From positions 1,632,001 to 1,696,000 of the forward strand of contig OY762209.1 in NCBI GenBank assembly GCA_963665295.1: 64,000 nucleotides of DNA. The letters are read 5' to 3'. The notes beneath the pieces were generated by a model. The model ran no database searches, was not told where the DNA came from, and saw nothing but the letters and a program-made list of their open reading frames with translations. Below, one piece after another: positions 59,073 through 64,000 of the stretch. The DNA comes from Syntrophorhabdaceae bacterium (GTDB lineage Bacteria > Desulfobacterota > Syntrophorhabdia > Syntrophorhabdales > Syntrophorhabdaceae). Position numbers and translations under genes: made by a program. Each line of letters begins with the position of its first letter. Within the stretch, counting starts at the first letter, position 1.

Positions 59073-59573
59073 GTGGCAAGAAGGATTACCGTAAGTGAGT
59101 ACCACAACTGGAACGACGTGGACGGGGGGCTGAGACGTATGGGCGAGATCGACATGGAGATCACAAGGCTCGAAGGGGACCTTACCCTGAGGGTCAACAG
59201 GCTCAGGGCCGACTACGACAGGAGGGCGGAGGGACTGAAGACTGCGAGAAGGACGATCGAAGCCAATATTGAGTCTTTCGCGGAGGAAAGAAAGGGGGAA
59301 TTTGCGAAGATAAGATCGAAGGAACTGACTTTCGGGGTGGTGGCATACCGGGTCGTGCACAGGGTGGTCATCAAATCGAAGAAGGCCACTGTGGCGGCCC
59401 TGGAGACACTCGGGCTGAGTGCATATCTCCGGGTTGCGAAAGAGCCGGACAAGGAGGCCATGAAAGCCCTGGATGCGGGAACACTTGCAAAGGCGGGCGC
59501 CTCCTTGAAAACGGCCGATCAACTCACCATAGAGCCCAACATGGAACGGATTACCGACAAGACATCGGCATAG
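59073..59573 (+). CDS. gam: Mu Gam-like host-nuclease inhibitor family protein
   Basis: WNDVD..LRRMGE coiled coil, RSKELTFGVVAYR and KEPDKEA motifs; GTG start with AGGAG RBS. Confidence 0.8.
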   Translation: MARRITVSEYHNWNDVDGGLRRMGEIDMEITRLEGDLTLRVNRLRADYDRRAEGLKTARRTIEANIESFAEERKGEFAKIRSKELTFGVVAYRVVHRVVIKSKKATVAALETLGLSAYLRVAKEPDKEAMKALDAGTLAKAGASLKTADQLTIEPNMERITDKTSA

Positions 59574-59686
59574 GGAGGCGCTATGTTCCCCCCGAGACAG
59601 GGCCTTTCGGCCCGTGGCGGCGGCACAGGTGGACCTTGCAGGGAGCTTTGGATGGACAAACGAGAAATAAGGAGGCGACACAGAGT

Positions 59687-60001
59687 ATGAAGAAATGGAT
59701 TACAAAGATTATGGATCAGGTCACCGTGGAGGACCTCCCGGAGAGTTACCGCGACGTGGCCATGGTTGTGGGGGTGGAAAACGCCATAAAGCTGTCCGAT
59801 GCGCTGGGCGGCCTCGCCTATTACTTCCAGCAACTTGACAAAGTGCTCCTCAAAAAGAGGGATGAGATGATCAGGAACGAATTTACCGGGGCGAACCACA
59901 AACCCCTGGCAAAGGAATACGGACTCAGCGAGGTGTGGATAAGGGAAATAGTGCAAAGATCCCGCCTTACGCGGAGGACCGCAATCAGTGGACAGGGGTA
60001 A
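59687..60001 (+). CDS. Mor/C family transcription activator (Mu-like)
   Basis: DLPESY, LGGLAYY and RDEMIRNEFTGANHKPLAKEYGLSEVWIREIV motifs; AAGGAGG RBS. Confidence 0.85.
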   Translation: MKKWITKIMDQVTVEDLPESYRDVAMVVGVENAIKLSDALGGLAYYFQQLDKVLLKKRDEMIRNEFTGANHKPLAKEYGLSEVWIREIVQRSRLTRRTAISGQG

Positions 60002-60025
60002 GTCGGCCCACCGCCGGCGCGCTGC

Positions 60026-60541
60026 CTATCCCGCGAGTTTTTTCACTGCCTCCAGGGCTTTGTCATAATCGGGAGGGTTTGTCATTTCGGGGACAATCTC
60101 CATGTACCCTATGACATCCGCCTTGTCGATTACGAAAACAGAACGGGCAAGGAGGCGCAGTTCCTTGACCAGTACGCCATAAGCGTTTCCGAAAGCGGCG
60201 TCGCGGTGGTCCGAAAGGGTCCATATCCTGTCGATGCCGGCGTTCGTACAGAACCTCGCGATGGCGAACGGCAGGTCCATGCTTACATTCAAGACGGCTA
60301 CGCCGCTCCCCAGCGACTGAGCTTCCTGGTTGAAGCGTCTCGCCTGGAGGTCGCATACGGGCGTATCCAATGAGGGGGTCACGCTGATTATCTTGATCTT
60401 GCCCGCAAAATCGGACAGAGTGACCTCTTTCAATTCCTTGTCAAGTACGGTGAACGCGGGCGCCCGGTCTCCCGTTTTCACTTCGTTTCCTATGAGGGTC
60501 AAGGGGTTGCCTGCAAAAGTCACGACGTTTCTTCTTTCCAT
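60026..60541 (-). CDS. tpx: thiol peroxidase
   Basis: VTFAGNP, PSLDTPVC, SMDLPFA..RFC and LLARSVFV motifs. Confidence 0.95.
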   Translation of the reverse strand: MERRNVVTFAGNPLTLIGNEVKTGDRAPAFTVLDKELKEVTLSDFAGKIKIISVTPSLDTPVCDLQARRFNQEAQSLGSGVAVLNVSMDLPFAIARFCTNAGIDRIWTLSDHRDAAFGNAYGVLVKELRLLARSVFVIDKADVIGYMEIVPEMTNPPDYDKALEAVKKLAG

Positions 60542-60809
60542 AACCTGTCTCCTTTAATGTGATGGTTCATCTCTTATGATTATCACCCGCAGCGCCGTTG
60601 TCAATCGCACTCCTTTTCATCCAACATTGTAACTCATATTTCAAAAGAAAAAGAAGGACTTATTCGGTTCATGGGGATATAATAGTAACAAGCCCTTATC
60701 CGTCGGCGATGGACGCCGCATTTTCGGAGATCCCGCGGACAAAGGCGCCGCGAACCGGCCGGGACTTCAACGGATCGGGGGAAGACTTGCATTGGGAGGA
60801 GGTATCGTC

Positions 60810-61292
60810 GTGAAAAGACAAGGTCATATTTTGGCACTCTGCCTCGTTTCATTCGTATTGTGTCTTTCCCCCCGGGTTACCCACGGGTTCAAACAGTCGG
60901 ATGTGGATAAGATTTCAAACACCAAGGAATGCCAGTGGTGCGATCTGCGCGGCGCGAACCTCTCGGGCTCGGACCTTTCGGACGCATCCCTTTCAGGAGC
61001 CAACCTTTCTGAAGCGAGACTCAAGGGCGCGAACCTGACAGGCGCAAATCTTTCAACAGCGTATCTGCGAAATGCCGACCTTTCGGGCGCGAACCTCACC
61101 GGCGCCTTTCTGGATAAAGCCAATTTAAACGGCGCGAACCTCACCGGCGCGAACCTCACCGGCGCGAAATTGTCCAAGGCCACGTGGACGGACGGGGAAA
61201 AGTGCGATGAGGGATCGACGGGAGAATGCAAGCAGAGTCGTGTCATCCGGCCCAAAGACGAGACCCCGCCTCTTTTCCCTGCCGATTTCTAA
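60810..61292 (+). CDS. exported pentapeptide-repeat protein
   Basis: Signal peptide, CQWCDL, tandem ANLxG repeats; GTG start with GGAGG RBS. Confidence 0.88.
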   Translation: MKRQGHILALCLVSFVLCLSPRVTHGFKQSDVDKISNTKECQWCDLRGANLSGSDLSDASLSGANLSEARLKGANLTGANLSTAYLRNADLSGANLTGAFLDKANLNGANLTGANLTGAKLSKATWTDGEKCDEGSTGECKQSRVIRPKDETPPLFPADF

Positions 61293-61557
61293 GACCCTTC
61301 GTACGTTATGGACGGACAGGTCCCGTCGCAGCAGGCGGCCTTGGGGATCATCATTCGGGCCGTCCGGCTTTGTTTTACAAAGAGTGGTTCGACAGTCTTG
61401 TTCGCATGGCACGCCCATTTCGACTCTTTTGTCGCCCCTTCCCGGCAAGACCGATAAATTGACCGTCATATCAATATCCTGGCCGCCATCACCTTTGGTA
61501 CGTTTCTTGCTTTTATTTAGTTGCGAGGATATGAACCCCGCAAGGCAAGGAGGCGGC

Positions 61558-61965
61558 ATGAAAAGGGTAATGATGGTCCTTATGATTGTGATTATGGGCA
61601 TATGTTTGTTAAGTCCATCACTATATGCAAGGGGGGGCGGCGGCCACGGAGGCGGCGGAGGCGGCCACAGTGGAGGACATGGCGGTGGAAGCGGCTACAG
61701 CGGCGGTCATGGCGGAGGTGGCGGTCATGGCGGCCAGGGTTATCACGGAGGCGGTGGAGGTTACGGGAACCACGGTTATTACGGCGGAAACAGAGGTTAT
61801 TACGGAGGACGCTCAGGCTACTACGGCGGAGGTTACTACCGTCCCTATTACGGGGGAAGGTACTACGGCTATGGTTACACAGGTATCTGGGTCCCCGGAT
61901 ACTGGTCGGAAATCTGCGACGCCTGGGGATGCAGGGTGGTCTGGGTTCCCGGTTATTACCGGTAA
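61558..61965 (+). CDS. Gly/His/Tyr-rich exported protein
   Basis: AGGAGG RBS, signal peptide, GGH and GYYG repeats, two WVPGY motifs. Confidence 0.75.
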   Translation: MKRVMMVLMIVIMGICLLSPSLYARGGGGHGGGGGGHSGGHGGGSGYSGGHGGGGGHGGQGYHGGGGGYGNHGYYGGNRGYYGGRSGYYGGGYYRPYYGGRYYGYGYTGIWVPGYWSEICDAWGCRVVWVPGYYR

Positions 61966-62237
61966 CCGGTAGGGAAGAAACGGCCCACACCCGGTTCAAA
62001 GCCGGGCATCCTCCCGGGGAATACTGCCGGGGAATACTGCCGGGTGCGACGGAAATTACATCTGAATTCCATTGTTGATTATCCCATGATTACCACCCTT
62101 TGACATCGGTACTGCCCCGTAATAGTCAATATATTGAATATCCTCATATTGACTATTACCGCGTACCGTGGGATATTACATACAGGGGGTAGAAGAATAT
62201 AATTGTTGCCCTTTGAACATAGGAGAGGATTAAGATC

Positions 62238-64000
62238 ATGTCAAAAACAACGGAGTTCTTGACGGAAGAAGTAGCGCTATATCTTGTGAACCGGTTGAAA
62301 CCGGAGAAAGATATCCGGCCCGGAGACGGCCGGTTGAAGCCGAAGGGCCGGTCCAAGGGGAGCAGCGCGGCCCCGGCGGGAGATGAAAAAAAGAAAAGCG
62401 CACAGGGAAATTCCTGGTCCGGCGCTGCCGGGAGGGCGGCGCAGTCGCCTGCCGAGGCCCAGGAGACGGGATTGCGGGTTGCCGAACTCGGGGATCTGGT
62501 AATGGAAAAGGAGGATATCCTCAAACAGATCGCGTCGGATCGGGCTATTCTCGAAGGAACGGAAGGTTCGGTGACTCAGGACGAGGTTATCCGGCATCTC
62601 GACGACGTAGGTTCCACGGACGGTTCGGAACTGAGGGCGCTGGCGCGTAACATAAAGCCCGTGCAGGGCCTTGAAAGTTCCCTGGAAGAGGCGGCCCGCC
62701 GGCTGAAACAGGTGAGGGCGAGGATCAGCGAGCTGGCCGGCAACGAGGAGACGGCAAGGACGTATCAGGCGAGGCTTGAAAAGAAGATCGCCACAATCCG
62801 GTCGGCCAGGACAGTAGGGCACCTCGAAAGGGTGATGGAACAGAGTGAACTTGCCCGGATGGAGATGCTTGCCCGGCGGAACGGTGAAAATATGGCGCTC
62901 ACCGCGGCCGACACCGAGACCATCAGGAAGTTCGACCTTATCCTGGAGAAGGCCCGGGAGAAGATCACCCATCTAATGAGCAATGACGAGATCTACTACG
63001 AGGCAAAACGACGGGTCCTCCTTGAATACAGGCGACAGCTTTTGAACGACGGGTTCGTCGAGACGCCGGGAGTGAAGAACGAGGTGATGAAGATTATAAG
63101 CCACCTCCAACTGGGTATTCCCGTGCTGCTGCGCGGTCACCTGGGCGCGGGCAAAACGGAGGTCGCCCTCCACGTCTCCCGCAAATATTTCGGCCACGAA
63201 CCGGAGTTTATCTCCGGGTCCGAAGAGGCGACGAAATACGACATCTACGGAAGAACCCAGATAGGGGTCCGGCCGGAAGACGACAAGATGCGGGAGTTCA
63301 AGAGCAGGATGGATGAATACCTGCGGATGAACCCCGAAGCGGGGAAGAAGGAAATAAAAGAAATCGAGAGGCAGTACTACCAGACGATCGTGGTAAGGGG
63401 CCTCACCACAAGCTTCTTCCAGTACGGACCGCTGGTGAGGGCGATGAAGGAGGGGAGGCCCTTGCTGATCGACGAGATGGACGGTATACCCCATTCCATC
63501 ATCATGCGTCTCAACCATGTCCTCACCAGGCGTCCGGGAGACAGGATCAAGGTGCAGGAAAACGGGGGAGAGGAAATAACCGTAAAGAAGGGGTTCTGCG
63601 TCCTGGCCACGGGGAATATCAAATCATTCCGCTATAAGCGCGAAGAACTGGACGCGGCGTTCCTGTCCCGGTGGTGGTCGAACGACATCACCTATCCGCC
63701 CCAGAACGAGACCTATGAGATTCTCGTTGCTTCCCTCCTGGACAAAAGGGGCAACCTTCAGGTCGGCAACGTTACCGATCTCGACGAACTGAAGAGGCTG
63801 ACCCATGCGTCGTCCGAGATTCAAAAGATTTTTTCGGGAGAACACCTCGACTATTTCGGCGAGGGAGCGGATGCGGTACGCCAGGTCCCTGCGAGCCTCA
63901 AGAAGTCGGTCCTTTCCCTGAGGCACCTGTGGAATGTGATAAGGCCATGGAAGGCGCACAACTTCGACCGGCCCCTTGAAACCTATATCTTGAACGAATT
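62238..64000 (+). CDS. large AAA+ ATPase (MoxR/dynein-related type), 3'-truncated
   Basis: Frame open from ATG 62238 to the window end (absent from the ORF track); Walker A GHLGAGKT, Walker B LLIDE, sensor ATGN, AFLSR arginine finger; helical N-terminus. Confidence 0.85.
   Translation, partial: MSKTTEFLTEEVALYLVNRLKPEKDIRPGDGRLKPKGRSKGSSAAPAGDEKKKSAQGNSWSGAAGRAAQSPAEAQETGLRVAELGDLVMEKEDILKQIASDRAILEGTEGSVTQDEVIRHLDDVGSTDGSELRALARNIKPVQGLESSLEEAARRLKQVRARISELAGNEETARTYQARLEKKIATIRSARTVGHLERVMEQSELARMEMLARRNGENMALTAADTETIRKFDLILEKAREKITHLMSNDEIYYEAKRRVLLEYRRQLLNDGFVETPGVKNEVMKIISHLQLGIPVLLRGHLGAGKTEVALHVSRKYFGHEPEFISGSEEATKYDIYGRTQIGVRPEDDKMREFKSRMDEYLRMNPEAGKKEIKEIERQYYQTIVVRGLTTSFFQYGPLVRAMKEGRPLLIDEMDGIPHSIIMRLNHVLTRRPGDRIKVQENGGEEITVKKGFCVLATGNIKSFRYKREELDAAFLSRWWSNDITYPPQNETYEILVASLLDKRGNLQVGNVTDLDELKRLTHASSEIQKIFSGEHLDYFGEGADAVRQVPASLKKSVLSLRHLWNVIRPWKAHNFDRPLETYILNE

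Noticed and set aside
60940..61170. 15-bp DNA repeats GGCGCGAACCTCACC
   Set aside because: Explained by pentapeptide-repeat coding
61521..62078. Arg-rich and Ala/Glu-rich alternative-frame ORFs
   Set aside because: Frame shadows of the Gly-rich gene, which has the RBS and signal peptide

Overview
GC-rich bacterial chromosomal window. Gene content (CooC, folate-linked histidine catabolism, DUF362, many PAS/c-di-GMP proteins, a probable selenoprotein) suggests an anaerobic deltaproteobacterium (Desulfobacterota-like); this is inference. It carries a housekeeping run (cooC-plsC-ftsK-lolA-recO), a complete IS256-family element with an 8-bp target duplication, several signalling genes, and a hutU-ftcD-hutI-cyclodeaminase-LIV-type ABC cluster. 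No rRNA, tRNA or CRISPR array was seen. The most notable signals are: (1) an unannotated leader peptide with seven consecutive Tyr codons plus terminator/antiterminator upstream of an aminotransferase, i.e. a probable tyrosine-sensing attenuator; (2) a rhodanese whose frame continues through an in-frame UGA with a SECIS-like hairpin; (3) an archaeal-type FEN1 flap endonuclease lacking the PCNA-binding tail; (4) an isolated Mu-like CI repressor-Gam-Mor module with no other phage genes; (5) recoded copies of the ftsK 3' end interleaved with a structured repeat family whose stems covary. All product calls come from motif recognition by eye, with no database searches.
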